Shown here: piece by piece, positions 23,261 through 36,675 of the stretch
Layout of the letters: every line of letters starts with the position of its first letter
Numbering within the stretch: position 1 is the stretch's first letter
Source of the DNA: Bigelowiella natans CCMP2755
Taxonomy: Eukaryota > Protista > Cercozoa
Direction of reading: 5' to 3'
DNA length: 64,000 nucleotides
NCBI GenBank assembly: GCA_000320545.1
Contig: ADNK01002821.1
Coordinates: 1 to 64,000 of the forward strand
Notes under the pieces: model-generated
Databases searched by the model: none
What the model was told of the DNA's origin: nothing
Seen by the model: only the letters and a program-made list of their open reading frames with translations
Position numbers and translations under genes: made by a program

Positions 23261-25252
23261 TCACTCTTCTTCCCTCACAAGCCCTATCGCTAATCTCCTC
23301 CTCCTCCTCCTGACTCTGATGTTCCAATCAATGGGAATCCACCGATATTCGAGCTTATTTTCCGCCAGTTTCCATTTTCGGATCCCCCCACTCATGCATA
23401 TTGCCTTTGATCTTCCCAGGTGACGAGGGTCTATGATTCTACACGAGCAGGGTTTGCCAGCCAAGTTTAAGATCAGGTTGAGTATGCTGTCAGGAGCATT
23501 GGGTAATTTATTCTGCAAGCAGCAGAAGAGGAGTTTGTTTTCAAACCAACGCTGGGCTTCGACGGAGACAATGTTATCTCCGGTACACCTTTTTGGAGAG
23601 GTGTCGTTCGTAAGATTTGTGATGATGCTCTTCAACATGGCAAATAGATCCTCGCTGGAGAAGGGATTAGCGCCAATATTCAATAAGGTAGCTAGTGCGT
23701 ACAGAGCGTCAATGACGCGGTCTGATGAGAAGTAAGTCGAATTTTCCCCACACCAGTCTTCAACCAGTTTGCTCATGCTGATCTGTTTTTTGAGGAATTT
23801 ACGACCGATATACATTGCAATGAATTCGAAGAGCTCATTGATTTCAGTTAACGTCGGCAGTAGCTGATGCAACGAATCGCACACTGTTGTGAGCTCTATC
23901 ACTTTCTGGAAAAAGTACCTGGGCCGAGACCTTTTCAGCGAATCAAAGCGCATTCTGTACAAGTCGATGTGTGCCAGTAATCCTCTTTCTCTAGGGCGCG
24001 TCCATTTTTTCGCTGCTTCAAGTTTTTGCAAAACTTCGATCATTGCGTCGGAGAAATAGCCACAAATATTCTCTAAGGCCAATTTAATTTTGTCTTTGGC
24101 AGGCCCTTGTAGATAGTTTAAATCTCTCCATAAACGATCTCTTTCTCCTTTTGAAATCGGATGTAAAATATGTTCAATGTGCACGAAAACACCTCGCACA
24201 GTGAGCATCTGAGGGGATGCAAAGCCCCCAAATACACTTTTGATACATACTGTGTTTGCAATCTGATCCAGATTCGCACAAATATCGTAAATAAGCACCT
24301 GACGCACCCTATCGTCCAGGGGTAGAACCTTAGATAAGTCCGCCCATAATTTTCGTTCTGCTTCTATAAAACCCTTTATCCCCAGCTCCACGTCTCGGTG
24401 CCAAGAATTCATTTCAAGCGCGTGTCTTGAATTAGAGTCGGTTGAAACAGAAGAAGAAGAGGAAGAAGAAGAAGAAGATGATGATGAAGGGGAAGAAGAA
24501 GAAGAAGAAGATGATGAAGAGAATGGCTGTATGGGTAGGTGAACGTTGGACACGACGGAAGCAAGATACTCTCCCAATATAGCGCTGGGCAAATGCTGAT
24601 GGGAGGTGTCGATGTCGTCGAGGTATTTGTAACGAACGGGTAGCCCAACTCGATACTCCTCCATCTTACGTAGGTTATGAAGCATATCAATATCCCAATT
24701 TATCTCTTCCCGACCTTTGATTTCGGCTATTATCACGTTAAAACTGGCCAAGATGTCGTCCCTGCAAGCTCCCTTTTCATCAAGGAGTTGAACCAGCTTT
24801 GGGTTTCCGGATAGGATGGCGCGATGAAGAGGGGTAAAGCCAGATTCGTCGTGAATGTTCACGTTTGCTTTCATTTCAATCAGGGCACGGGCCGTTTCGA
24901 GTTCTCTCGCATGTCGTTCCTTTCCTTCCCGGGTTCTATCTTCAGCCAGACGACTCCGAGAGCCGATGCTGTCGTTGTAAAAATCGATGCTAATGGCGTT
25001 GTGGAGCGCAGTCCTTCCTCGTGGGCAGCGAGCATTCACACCTCCTGGCCCGACTGCCCCCTGTATTTCAGCTTTTGGCCTATGCGCCCGCACCAATCGA
25101 CGGAATTCGTAGTCCAAAGCTGCAGGGGGTGAGGTTAAAGCCGCTTCATCTTCACGAGGTTGCTGCACTATCGCATTGGGATAACCAGGGCGTAGCTTGC
25201 CATCCAAACTTTCGAACTTTCTCTTCCGAATGGGGGGCTTCACCGGCGCCAT
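23261..25252 (-). CDS. Intronless ankyrin-repeat protein (663 aa)
   Basis: Uninterrupted ORF. ANK motifs VNARCPRGRTALHNAI and KANVNIHDESGFTPLHRAILSGNPKLVQLLDEKGA, then a poly-Ser linker and a helical C-terminal half. Confidence 0.85.
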   Translation of the reverse strand: MAPVKPPIRKRKFESLDGKLRPGYPNAIVQQPREDEAALTSPPAALDYEFRRLVRAHRPKAEIQGAVGPGGVNARCPRGRTALHNAISIDFYNDSIGSRSRLAEDRTREGKERHARELETARALIEMKANVNIHDESGFTPLHRAILSGNPKLVQLLDEKGACRDDILASFNVIIAEIKGREEINWDIDMLHNLRKMEEYRVGLPVRYKYLDDIDTSHQHLPSAILGEYLASVVSNVHLPIQPFSSSSSSSSSSPSSSSSSSSSSSSSVSTDSNSRHALEMNSWHRDVELGIKGFIEAERKLWADLSKVLPLDDRVRQVLIYDICANLDQIANTVCIKSVFGGFASPQMLTVRGVFVHIEHILHPISKGERDRLWRDLNYLQGPAKDKIKLALENICGYFSDAMIEVLQKLEAAKKWTRPRERGLLAHIDLYRMRFDSLKRSRPRYFFQKVIELTTVCDSLHQLLPTLTEINELFEFIAMYIGRKFLKKQISMSKLVEDWCGENSTYFSSDRVIDALYALATLLNIGANPFSSEDLFAMLKSIITNLTNDTSPKRCTGDNIVSVEAQRWFENKLLFCCLQNKLPNAPDSILNLILNLAGKPCSCRIIDPRHLGRSKAICMSGGIRKWKLAENKLEYRWIPIDWNIRVRRRRRRLAIGLVREEE

Positions 25253-25490
25253 GTGCGCTTGGCAGGGGGGGGCGTCAATCCTTCTCTGCTCTTCGGACCC
25301 GCAGTTGAGAAGAATTCAGTGATGGATTTTGTGAATTTAGTGAATTTATAGTTGTCGCTGAACAAAAACAACCTGGATATATGAGATTCATATTGAGAGA
25401 AAACCGAGCATATGGAGTGGTAGTTATTGCGATGAATTTTAGTCTAACTTTCCGTTTCGTTGCTCGGAAAAAAAAAGAAGAAGAAGAAGA

Positions 25491-27928
25491 ATGGCGGACC
25501 ACTCGGGCGATGGAGCGGGTGGCGCCGATTCGATCGACTGGTTTTCTCTGGTGAGCCAATAGAGAATAGAGCTGGATCGACCAAGGAAGTGAAGGCTTTC
25601 ACTTTCGAACAAGCCAGCCAGTACAGAATGCATCGTGCGTGCGGATAACTGACTTCTGCTTTTGTGAATCCTTCGAAAGGTGTCGAACATGATGGGGGGG
25701 ATGGCTTTGTTTCTCTACGGCATCGGGAGGATGACATACAGCCTAAAGATGGGCGCTGGAGACGTGTAGGGCCTTCCCAAAATGAAATGAAACCGCCATC
25801 CTTTCTTTCTGCATGTGGATTGACTTTGTGGATTGAGAGATCAACATTTGCCCTCTCACCATCCTGCAGGATGCGAGACGTTCTCAAAAGGATGTGCAAA
25901 AACCAATTTCTAGGCATGCTAACAGGTCTTACCATTTCAACGTGTTTAGTATTAGAGCGAATAGTTCCTTCCGGGGCCTCTCATCAATATTTCGACGTAC
26001 GCCTCCTCAGGCATCTTCGTGACAGCCATTCTATCCTCCTCGTCCGGTAAGTCTCGTGCAATCTAACGCCCACAACAATAGGTGCTCGTGTGTATGCATA
26101 CACGCATGTGTGTGTGTGTTCTTTCTATAAATAACGTGTACATATAACATCTTGAAATTGACAACGCTACCAATGTTATGATGCGTATGAATACAGCTGC
26201 ATCGGTGATGCTGGTGACGTTCGTCGAATCAGGCTATATCACCTTCGCCGAAGTATGTAGCGTACTAGCTTCTAGATTCGAATTTAGCTACAGCAAAATC
26301 GAAGAGCCTTTTGAACCTTGAGGAATTCGTTGAAGAGCGACGAAAACCAGCAAAGGAATATAAAGGATTTTCACGAGCCCCACCCAAAAATGGGAAATCT
26401 TAAAGCCTGGCCCCATCGATTGCTACAAAATCACCGATGCTTTGATTTAGCAGAGCTCGGAACTCAATACATAATCTACATCTCATGTCGACATGGCAAC
26501 ACACAAAAAGGAGAACCCCTTGGGGGGGGGGAATGGCTTCGCCCCCACTCACCTTTTTGTTTTGTTTTGTTTTGCTTTGGTATTATTCTCGTGTTCTTAC
26601 TAGTCCATCGGTGCGTTGTTGGGAGTCAATATCGGAACAACGATAACTGTATACCTCGTAGCTCTCAACATCACAAAGTAGTCATAATAAAGTAGCATTG
26701 GAGGCAGGAGAGAAGGCGGGTAGAGGAAGGGGGAGAGGCAGGGGGGGAGTCAGCGGTTGGTAGTAATAGATACATGACATCTTGATAACCATGCCTTTAA
26801 TGTCATTTCGTGGTTGTGATTTTCACCGCTATGAAGGTACTGCTTAGGCCTCATAGCTGCAGGTTATGCCGTTTCCTCCTTCTCCGCCAAGGTAGCTCTA
26901 CCACCACACATCCAAAACAGTATAGAAGAATAAGGGGAGATAGGATGCAAGGCACCCATTCCCTAGAGAAGAGGTGAATAACGATGTGATTTACAACGCG
27001 TGCTGCTGCTTTTTCCATAAGAAAAAAAAAAAAAAACGTTCGCAAATGTTCTCGTTAGGGGTCAAAGTCGTGCTATCTAGGAGAGGCGCTATTTGGCCTG
27101 GGGTTATTGTTCTTCGGTATAGACATAATGGGCGACGCGATGTCGCCACTCCGCAACTATACGGTTGGTTGTTCCTTCCAATCCCGCAAAACGCCTTCAA
27201 AACGATAAGCTGCGCCACTCTGCACTGATAGCCAGCTGCATATCTCCACCGCAGTTCCAACTCGAGAATCTCTGTGTGTTGTTTCCCGTCGTAATTTCCG
27301 GGTGTAAATCTGGACTCTTTTCCCCTTTTCAATATTGCACTTACAAGACATCTTCCTCGCCCACCTCGCATTCCAATCCTTCTGTATCTTACAGCCTTTT
27401 CTCACGGTTCTGATGTCGCTCGATAACGTGTGGATGGCTATTATTGCCTCGACGATATTCACGCTTGTGATTCAATCGGTAGCAGCGTAAGCACCGTCCA
27501 GAGTAGCCATCATCACCACCAGTAGACTTGTAGGAAGACAACGAATCCGCACTACTACTACCACTACTACCACTACTACCACTACGACTACTACTACTAC
27601 TACTACTACTCTACTACTTAACGTTTTGTCCTATATAAATACTTTCCTTGCAGCTCCATGCCGATGCTGCTGCTACTACTGCCTATAACCAACACCGTTA
27701 CCAACACGACTGTAATGTGTTATGTCATCGTTCGTCGTCGTCATATAAGAGCGCGGCTGTATTATCAATCGTGGTACTGCTCTCCCAGCAAGGGTTCCTC
27801 TCGCAGTCTGCCGGAGTCGCAATGGTAATTGGCAGAGCATGCTGAAAGAGAATTGAAAGCTTCTTTTTGTCGCCGATACTGATAATCGCCTTGACCAGGA
27901 CGCGGTCCCAAATCATATTCTACATAAA

Positions 27929-27968
<40 letters not shown>

Positions 27969-29554
27969 CTTCTGCGTGTGTGCATAAATAGGTTCTTGGT
28001 GCTAATATTGGCACCACAGGCACCGCGCTGCTAAGCAGTATAGGCAAACAAACAGAATCGGTGAAATCTGCCCCCTGCTGCTGCTGCTGCCGCTGCCGCT
28101 GCTTTTATCGCTCATTTTCCCCAAACGAAAAGCAAACGTGTTGATGGTGATTCCCCTTTCCCTGACTGGCTAATGCTGGCACGAAATCTCGCCAATCTAT
28201 GATGGCCATCAGCACGCGTCCGCTTGCAGCTACCGCCCAACTTGTATGCAATCAGGTTCGTGTCGCGGTGTGCTACTTCGTCCTGAAAGCATTCGGTCGG
28301 TTGCTCTCGTTGATGCGCGTGTGTATAGGAAGCTGCACAGAAGAAGAAGAAGAAGAAGAAGAAGAAGAAGAAGATAGAATGATAAGAAAGAAGAGTGAGG
28401 AGATGCTATCATCCATCGAATTTGTATACGTCAGCTTAGGCCCTTCGTTAGCATGGTGGCAGCCTACGACTGCGTCGATCAAATACATTTCACACACACA
28501 CACACACACACACATACACATACACATACACATACACACGCACCCATACACGCACGCACGCACGCATACGTACATAGAGAGGGGCGGGAAGTGAGGGGGG
28601 AGAAAGAGACTCGTTGGGCCTTCCTCCTCTCTTCCTCCTCCTCCGACAAGTTCTCTGCCTCTCTTTAACCTCACTGCTCTTGCCTCCTCCCCCTCCTGTT
28701 TTCTTTCTACTTGTTTTCCTACTCCTGAAGGCGTGGTGGCTATAGCTCCATTCGTCAGCTGGTTCGTGTACCTAATATACGCTCTGCAAGGCACAGCGTT
28801 TGTTGACCCTAAGGTGGGAAAAGAAGAAGAAGAAGAAGAAGAAGAAGAAGAAGAAGAAGAAGAATGTGATGACGATGCATGAAGTAGGGCACATGCTATG
28901 CTGCGGAGGGAATATTGCATATGTATATATGGAATCAACTACACACACGCGCCGCACTTAGCTCTTCGGTATGTCTCACTCGACTGCTGCTTTGATGTCA
29001 TCGTCGCCACGGAATTAGAGCAAGGCTGAGCGGGCTGAGCACGTTCCTGGCATTATCACCTTCTCGCATTCGCTCTTCAACGTGGCTTTGGCGTTAATAT
29101 TCCTTCCGTTCACGTCGCGGGTATGCGTGCATCCTCTCCCGCCTTTTCATCGTGCTCACGGATGTTAATACAAATTGCCGTGCTAGTAAGCACGCACTCG
29201 TGGTATGTCCTCATACGACGTGTTTGTAATCAAATCGCACAGGTAGCAAAGGTTGTTGAGTTCTTAGTTCCAAGCGACCCCACTTTGGGTAGTTGCAGTT
29301 CAATCGGGGGGGCTGCTATGGTGGTTGATACGTCGAGCTCAGGGACAGCATCCTCGAAAATGTGCGTGTGCGCGCCGTATGAGAACAGCGTTTTTTATGT
29401 TACCATGCCATGTAGCTTTGTTTATTCGATGGTTTCTTTTGAGTTTCTGTTCCACGCTCCAGTCGCCTTTCGCACTTGTGTAATTACTGCCGACTTTGGC
29501 CTCATTAGGACGACGAAGGGAATAATGCTGCAGCCACCAAGGAAGAAGGACTAA
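25491..29554 (+). CDS. Na+/phosphate cotransporter (SLC34/NptA family), many exons
   Basis: Exons encode MGGMALFLYGIGRMTYSLKMGAGD, RMRDVLKRMCKNQFLGMLTG, ASVMLVTFVESGYITFAE, SIGALLGVNIGTTIT, VLGANIGTTGTALL and HSLFNVALALIFLPF. The duplicated GxNIGTT signature is present. Confidence 0.88.
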
Positions 29555-30260
29555 CTGTGCGACAGGCTACCAGGTTGCGACCTCTCCCAATTTATCACTC
29601 TCTAGCATTGCGGACCATCAAATTTGCATGCTTCTCACGCATCGCTTCCGCTACATTTGTGATTGTGCATGCATGCATGTGTGCAATGATGATACGCATC
29701 TTTGCTGAATGTAGCATTGCACGCTACATGGCAAATGTGTGCGCGCCGAAGTGTGGCTGTAGCGCGCCTGCGTGAAGCATTTGCACAATGGCACACACAC
29801 GCAATGAATTGCATAATGCTATAAGCAGTGTTCATAGTGCGGATAGAGACATCGTGATTCTTAATTATGCACTGTGTATAGTGTGTAATTACTAGTCTCT
29901 ATCTTTGTCCTGAGTTCATTATTGTCCATGTGATGAGCCAAAGTATATATTAGTAGTAAATAAAATCTCTTCGATAACATTTCGAAGCCAGATTTAAAAA
30001 TTTGGCCATAATATACATGTATGATGTTAATATGATTCGGATTCGTAGCGCAGCCCACACAGTCATTTCTATCTGCTCCGATAGTTTGAGGCTTTTTAAC
30101 CCACAAAAAGCTGAAGCCGTGTGTTGATATCGTGCCATATACCTTGTGAGGTATCACTGCAAGTAATGCCATCGTGGTGTTGTTCATTCGTCTTATTAAA
30201 TACAGTATGCTAGTGTGTGAATCATGCTTTACTGCAAAGTGTGCGACCAGTAAACTCAAT

Positions 30261-31977
30261 CTATCTAACTCTGGAACTATATCCTCGCACTGCTGGTGAA
30301 TTTGGAGCTGGGTCCATATCTCGAAGCATATCTTTCATCACACGCAACATCTTTGCGTCTTCGCTACGAATAGACCCTCCACATTCACGAACCTGAACGA
30401 CACAATTTCTTCATCTTTTACATCTAGGCAAGCAAGATACAAATAAACAGGAAAGAAACTAAGATAAGGGGATCGACTGTCTGGTTGTAAAGATGCCTGA
30501 GTTGATTTTTCGCCATCTAAATTTATCGGGTGAGGAAATCTTATAGAGATTCAAAGAGTGGTGATGAGCACATTATGTGATGAACCTTGGCAACAGTTCT
30601 TTCCACATCCTCTGCTTGATCTGAATATGTTCTTGCGGCAAAATTCATAGTAGCAAATTTATTTCTGCAATTGTTTCTACTTTCACGGGAAAGTTTCCTT
30701 CTCCTCCTAATTTCCAACAAACTATCTATAGATTCATCATCGGAAGTTCTAGGAAAGCTTTGGTTTGAGGTTCCTCGTCCAATGCTACCCGTTGGACGTG
30801 AAGGTTTATGTCGATGTAGAGACTGTATTGAATGTACTGCAGAAGTTGCGCTCAAGGGAGAGAGGCAGGATTCAAAGAGCTGGGAACCAAATTTGACATC
30901 GTCACCCTTGGGGAGATTAACTATTGGCATCGAGCGCTCCAAGCCAGAGAGCATGTTTCTACTGGGCCTCCCTCCTTTCCGTAAATCCAAATCGGCATCT
31001 TTGCGACTGAGAGAGAGTGCAGATAGCTGGTTTGTGTTGTGAACTTGAAACACATTTGTAAAATTAGCTCGCGATTTGGGCGAGAATTTTGTAGATTTAC
31101 GCACAGTTTGTGTCCCTGCATTGCGCCTTAGTCGTTGAAGGAGTTTTATTCTTTCAGCTTCGAGTTTATTCCTCTGAAGGATTTCGTTTTTTTTCCTTTC
31201 CAATGTCTTAATCTGTTTCCTTCGTTTTTTTCGTCGCTCTATCCAGTCCAGTATTAGTGAGCGAATAGCTATGTTGGGAACGAGGCGAAGATCACTAACG
31301 CACCAATTTTTAGATGTTAAGCGGGAAATTAGAATTACCTCTTAAGTTTTTTTATTGGTACCTTAGCTTCTGGCTTGTAAGTGGGTCCGTTTTTTTCCCA
31401 ATCTCAAACCACTTCTTAATGCTCTGTTCCAAAATATGCATGTTATCATTAAAATTCAATTCGCTCAGTAATCAATAGGATGAATATTCTATCCATCACA
31501 GATGGAATTCTTTGACGAGGGTCTAGATGAAGCAATTCGAAGTTACTCCAGCGCAGGGCCTACATCTATCTACCTTATAGTCATATGTTTGTCCGAGAGA
31601 ATTGATATGAGTATTGGTCATAATTTCCCTTGAAATGGGGCAGAGGAACGCTTGCGGTATCTTCTGCAAGTTATCGAGTAAATTTCACAACTAGCCAATG
31701 TTGTTGTAGCTAGAAGCCACATGAGGATGGGGTTTTGCCGTGCCGTACACCGCCAACAGCATATCAGCTACAATACCAGGGTTGTACCGAATTACCTTTG
31801 TGCACACGCACGTTGGCTCCATTGTTATGCGGCAGCGGCGACTTATGGAAGTTACAGGGGGGAGGGGTTTGGAGGAATTTCGAAGATTGCTTGCTTGTCG
31901 TTGGTATTTCCCACATAGAAACACCGAATGAGAAAGGGCTGCGTTTGTGCATAAAATGATCGGAAAACGAATGCGTC
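30261..31977 (-). CDS. U-box domain protein (putative E3 ligase)
   Basis: KIPQAFLCPISREIMTNTHINSLGQTYDYK|SIKKWFEIGKKTDPLTSQKLR|DLRLVPNIAIRSLILDWIE, followed by a coiled-coil/low-complexity exon (30541-31203). The start is uncertain. Confidence 0.8.
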
Positions 31978-32606
31978 ATAGTTACAAATCCCCTTTTGCT
32001 CGGGGGGTGGAATGGCCTGCTTTTCGGGAAAACTAGGAAGCCTGGCAAGCCCTGAAGTCGCACTTTTCAGCAGTTTTCTCTCCATCACCAATCTCCGCGA
32101 AAGAAGAAAGAGCCTTCGTCTCGACCGGAATTATGCATTCGCAGCTGAGATTTCGTGCAAATATCGGTGTTTGGTTCGCAGGGCAAGGGTGCAAGAGATG
32201 ACTGATTTATTTTGGTGCATCGTACATGACTGCGTCCAAACACATGTGTGTACCAGTAAAATTTCCGAGCTTCCAATAACCTCCAAAACCCAGGCCAATT
32301 TCTGGATTATTGCTGTGTTCGAATGCCATAGCATGGGGAACGGTACTCGTGCCGATTCTGGTCTTGTGTACTTCTCTTACAACATTTCAGTAGTATGTTG
32401 TCGCATATTTGTAATTGGATCGTTTTGGCTGTTCGTATGGTAGTTTTCCCTTGTCGCAGGTATGTTATCGGAAAACTCTTTCCGTGCCGAGCTCAAACAA
32501 ACACCCCCACACTGCCCCACACTGGCAGCTTGCAACAAACCCCTAGCATTGATTCCACGAGACTGGGTGTGAGAGTCTAGGATACTATTATCGATGCGTC
32601 TTATAG

Positions 32607-33719
32607 ATGGAAAGCAAATAGAAAAAGTCGAGACGGGCGCTTCTTCGGAGGGACCACTGAAATCAGTCGAAGAATGGCAGGACTACCTCGAGGAGAAATA
32701 CGCCGAGAGTGAGGTTGATAAATAGAGATGTTCTTTGAGAGAAGATAGGGCTTAACAGAAGTTTAATTCCTTATGTGATTGCTGCTGGCAGAATGAGAAG
32801 TCCGAAAAAGGCAACTGGGCTACTAATGCCGACAAGAAAAAGGAAGAATTTCGTAACTACCAGGACAACCCAAGATTTGAACGAGTGCGAAATTTTTACA
32901 TGGAGAATCATAAAAATCAGGTTGAAAGAGTGATACATTCTAATCTTAATTTTGCATCAAAAGTCAGCATCAAAAGTCAGCATCCTTGTCATGATTTCTT
33001 TCAAATAGACCCACGACTTCGTGTTGAAGATGGAGAAGAAATATTCCAGACTTAACCGGATGAGGATGGGTGTATGGGAAGTACTTGAGCTGCTAGATAC
33101 ATATATTGACGACTCCGACCCAGATACAAATCTTTCCCAGCTGATGCACTCTCTCCAAACAGCAGAAGCTGTACGCAAAAAGTACCCTGGTGAGAAATAT
33201 GATTGGTATCACCTCACCGGACTGATCCACGATATGGGCAAGTTTCTTGGTGCTGTTTACGGGGAGAAGCAATGGTGCGTCGTGGGTGACACATTCCCTG
33301 TTGGCTGCAGATTTTCCGAAAAAATTGAGTTTTCGAAATTCTTTTCCCTGAATCCAGATTTCTACGACGAGAAGATGAAGACGAAGTTGGGCGTTTATAA
33401 AAAAAATTGTGGATTGAAGAATGTGCGCATGTCATACGGGCACGATGAGTATCTTTATCAAGTCTGCGTTCAAAACAAGACCACTTTGCCGCAGCAAGCT
33501 CTTTACATCATTAGATATCATAGCTTCTATCCTTGGCACAAAGAAGGAGAGTACATGTACTTATGTGACGACACAGACGTGCGGATGCTGAAATGGGTCA
33601 AGGATTTCAATCAGTTCGATCTGTACTCGAAAGCAGCTGAAATTCCAAACAAAAAGGAGCTCATCAAGTACTACAAGGGCTTAATCGACAAATATTTTCC
33701 TAAAGTTTTAAATTGGTAG
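32607..33719 (+). CDS. MIOX: myo-Inositol oxygenase
   Basis: EEFRNY...RVRNFYMENHKNQ|T, DDSDPDTNLSQLMHSLQTAE, LIHDMGK, QWCVVGDTFPVGC, MSYGHDEYLY, IRYHSFYPWH, FNQFDLYSK. One or two additional 5' exons probably lie at 32330-32570. Confidence 0.96.
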
Positions 33720-34524
33720 TCATTGATTCGTCGTACTTTTGAGCGACAAACTACAATCGTTACAGCAGCTTCGAAGTCCCAGCTAGTAGCAATACAGAGT
33801 CCGTGAGTCCGTGGATCCCTCAAGCTTCATTATGCGCTGCACGTTATTAATGTGCTGCTGGTGTAGTGTAGCGTTATGTGCATGAACAGGCTACACACGA
33901 TCGAGCAAGTAGCGACAGCAAGCATAGTTGGAGATTCTATGCATATACAAGCGTTGTTTATGGCCTATGTCAATGTGCGCAATCGCAGGATCCAGATATC
34001 TTCCAATCTAGCAATCATGCATTACACAGCCCTGAGAATAATGCTTAGGCTGGGCTATACATCGTAATTACAATTGTGCAAATACGCATATATGGTGCAA
34101 ATAAAGTACAAGGCTGCATACGCGTCTGGGCGGGAACAACGTTATTGCGCCTAAAGCGGGTGCGCGCCGCATCTCATACATAGAGGGAGCGCCTGCGCGA
34201 AGCAAGGTGTGCCATGTGCTGCATGCATGCCACAATGTACGGGTACGTGCTAGCGTGTTAGTAGCTACAATTATAGGTGTACGTACGTACGCTAGCACGA
34301 TGAAGCAAGATGTATGATGGACAACAAATACTAGAAGTACTAAAACTATAAATGTTGCATGATGCGACATAAAGGGTAATTCATCGATCGATGCACAACA
34401 TCGCCTTCTGATGACACTGTACGGTGATTATAATAAGCGAAGCTTTTTGTTCTATACATGAGTAGCATGATTCTTAATGAAGTGCTTTCTTTCTCAAATT
34501 ATTTCAATGAACTTCTTACGCCCA

Positions 34525-36049
34525 TCAACGACTAGACTGTGGCAAGATGCGTACAGGACTTAGTTTGTCCAATGGAATCGAATCTGCAAGAAACTCGGCA
34601 TATTCTTCCAGAGAAAAGTCGGAGGTAACCACAACCTGAAATGGTCTGGGAAAAAAATTATATTCACACAGGCAATGAGCTATAGTAAGTAATTGGAGGG
34701 AATTTTATCGTTTACTTTTTCGGTGATTCATTTCTATTTTATATGTTTGAAGTTCAACAACCCTCTAGGCGTGAAGTTCTGAAATTCATCATAGTCCTCA
34801 GGCCTTAAGATTTTCTCCAAGTTCTTTTCCTGTGAAAGCCAGCAACGAATATGTATTATTTGCCATTCGATTACCGCTCTAGTGAACGCCTGTTATTGAC
34901 AAACCTCGTCCATCGCTCCAGGTGTCAATACAATATCAGTTGGGAAGGTATCCGCACCGCAGAAATCTTTAATGAGGTCCTGTAAGATTTTTGTGACATT
35001 CAAAGCACTCTCAAAATGGTTTTTATCGATTTCTATGCGACAGTACCGGGGCGGCATCTGCCATATCAATTTGGAGCAAAGACCCGAATTTAAGAGCACT
35101 TACAAGTTTCTATCAGCACAAATTATCTTTTTTCAGAAATGATTTAGCAATTTGGGCTGCGAGAAGTGCTGAACCTGCCGCATTTCTTCTCTAGCTTCTT
35201 CTTTTGTGATACTTTTCTTAACGTAGACTTTTACAATGTATCCTTTCATCTTGTTGAAAAGGATAGTCAGTGATGAGGCTCGCCATGAAGCAACAGTGCA
35301 CTTACAAGGAGAGGAACGACGCCTTGATACTCGTTGAAACGGGAATACTTTCGTTCGTGGTCAAGAATCAAAGGAACCTTTCCATCTGGAAGAAAAGTAA
35401 GGTTACAAACCTGTATGGTATTTAAACCCAAAAGATCTCCAATATACCCTTCGTGTGAACAATGTGGATAAACTCGTTGATTTCCTTCAGAATACAATGA
35501 CGGACCCCGTTCTGCAAAAAACACAACAGGCGTTCAGTGATGTTGCACGCCATAACTGCCTTCGTGACAGTTTGTCGACCTCGTCCTTCGCTCTCTGTAC
35601 TGCTTTCAGTTCTTCATCTTTTTTCTTTTCTTCTTCCTCCTTTTTTTTCCTGGCTGCCGCTATGGCTAGCTTCCTCTCCCTGTTCGTCATATTGTTATCC
35701 ATTATACGACTAAAAGAGTTAAATCTGGGAATTAGTAGTACATTTCTTTTGCCTCATTTTCTTCCTTTGCTTTAATTGCCGCTATTTCCGCCTTCCATTG
35801 CTTCCACTCATCTGATGTTTTCTCCTCTGAGGTTTTGTTTGAACCAGAATCCTTTGTTTTCGTGGTCCCCCGTTTGGACGTCAAGTTCTTCGTGGTTCTT
35901 AACGAAATCTTCTTCTTTGTTGTTGCGCCCCGCTTAGCTTTAAGTCCAGTTTTAGTTGAAATTTTCTTGGAGGTCGATGCGCCCGCCTTGGGTTGCTTTG
36001 GCCGCTTTAGTTTCTTCAAGGGGGCCTTCGAAGCACCTGCCGATTTCAT
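34525..36049 (-). CDS. Hypothetical protein with Lys-rich N-terminus; C-terminus resembles the IQANK1-type C-terminal domain
   Basis: Several short-intron exons. DGKVPLILDHERKYSRFNEYQ, PGAMDEV...LEKILRPED and FQVVVTS recall the 'GxxPLIID' C-terminal domain. The family match is from memory only. Confidence 0.55.
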
Positions 36050-36675
36050 ACCTGGTGCTTTGATTGGTAGGGGAAATCTAACCCTACTACCAAACAAAAA
36101 ATTATAATTGTGGGTTGCTACTAGCGTTTACTTTGGCGACAATATTATTCTTATTGTCGCAGGAGAGAAACCACATCCTATCTACGAACGTCAACAATCC
36201 TTTGCCGTTTTTTCAGACGTAGTGTTGGTTTTGTAGGAAGATAAGCAACGTTACGCATGTGGAACACAAACAAGCGCATTCCCAGAAGTTTCTTCAAGAC
36301 AGCCCGAAATTTTCACTTGAAACTTCCAAAGAACAGACGGAGGTCAACGCATATTTTGCAGTATGATCTAGCACTCAACAAATCCTGATGCTCCATAAAC
36401 CTGTGGATCTTCTTCCAACTACAGAAAGTCTAAAATTTGTTCCCGTTTCTTCGTCGCGAACACTCGCGATAACACATGTTGTCGATCCGGGGATCCAAAT
36501 AGTTCTCTGCGACAACCATTCTGAAAGCAATTTCCGAAATTTGCCTGCTTTTGTACGACCCCGTCGGTGTAAACGAAGGGATTAGGTCTGAAACATATTT
36601 TCCGAGAACTTCATTCCCCCCCACCCAGAACAACTCGGGATTCATGCTGGCAATCTAACAAGCGGGCATTATAAG

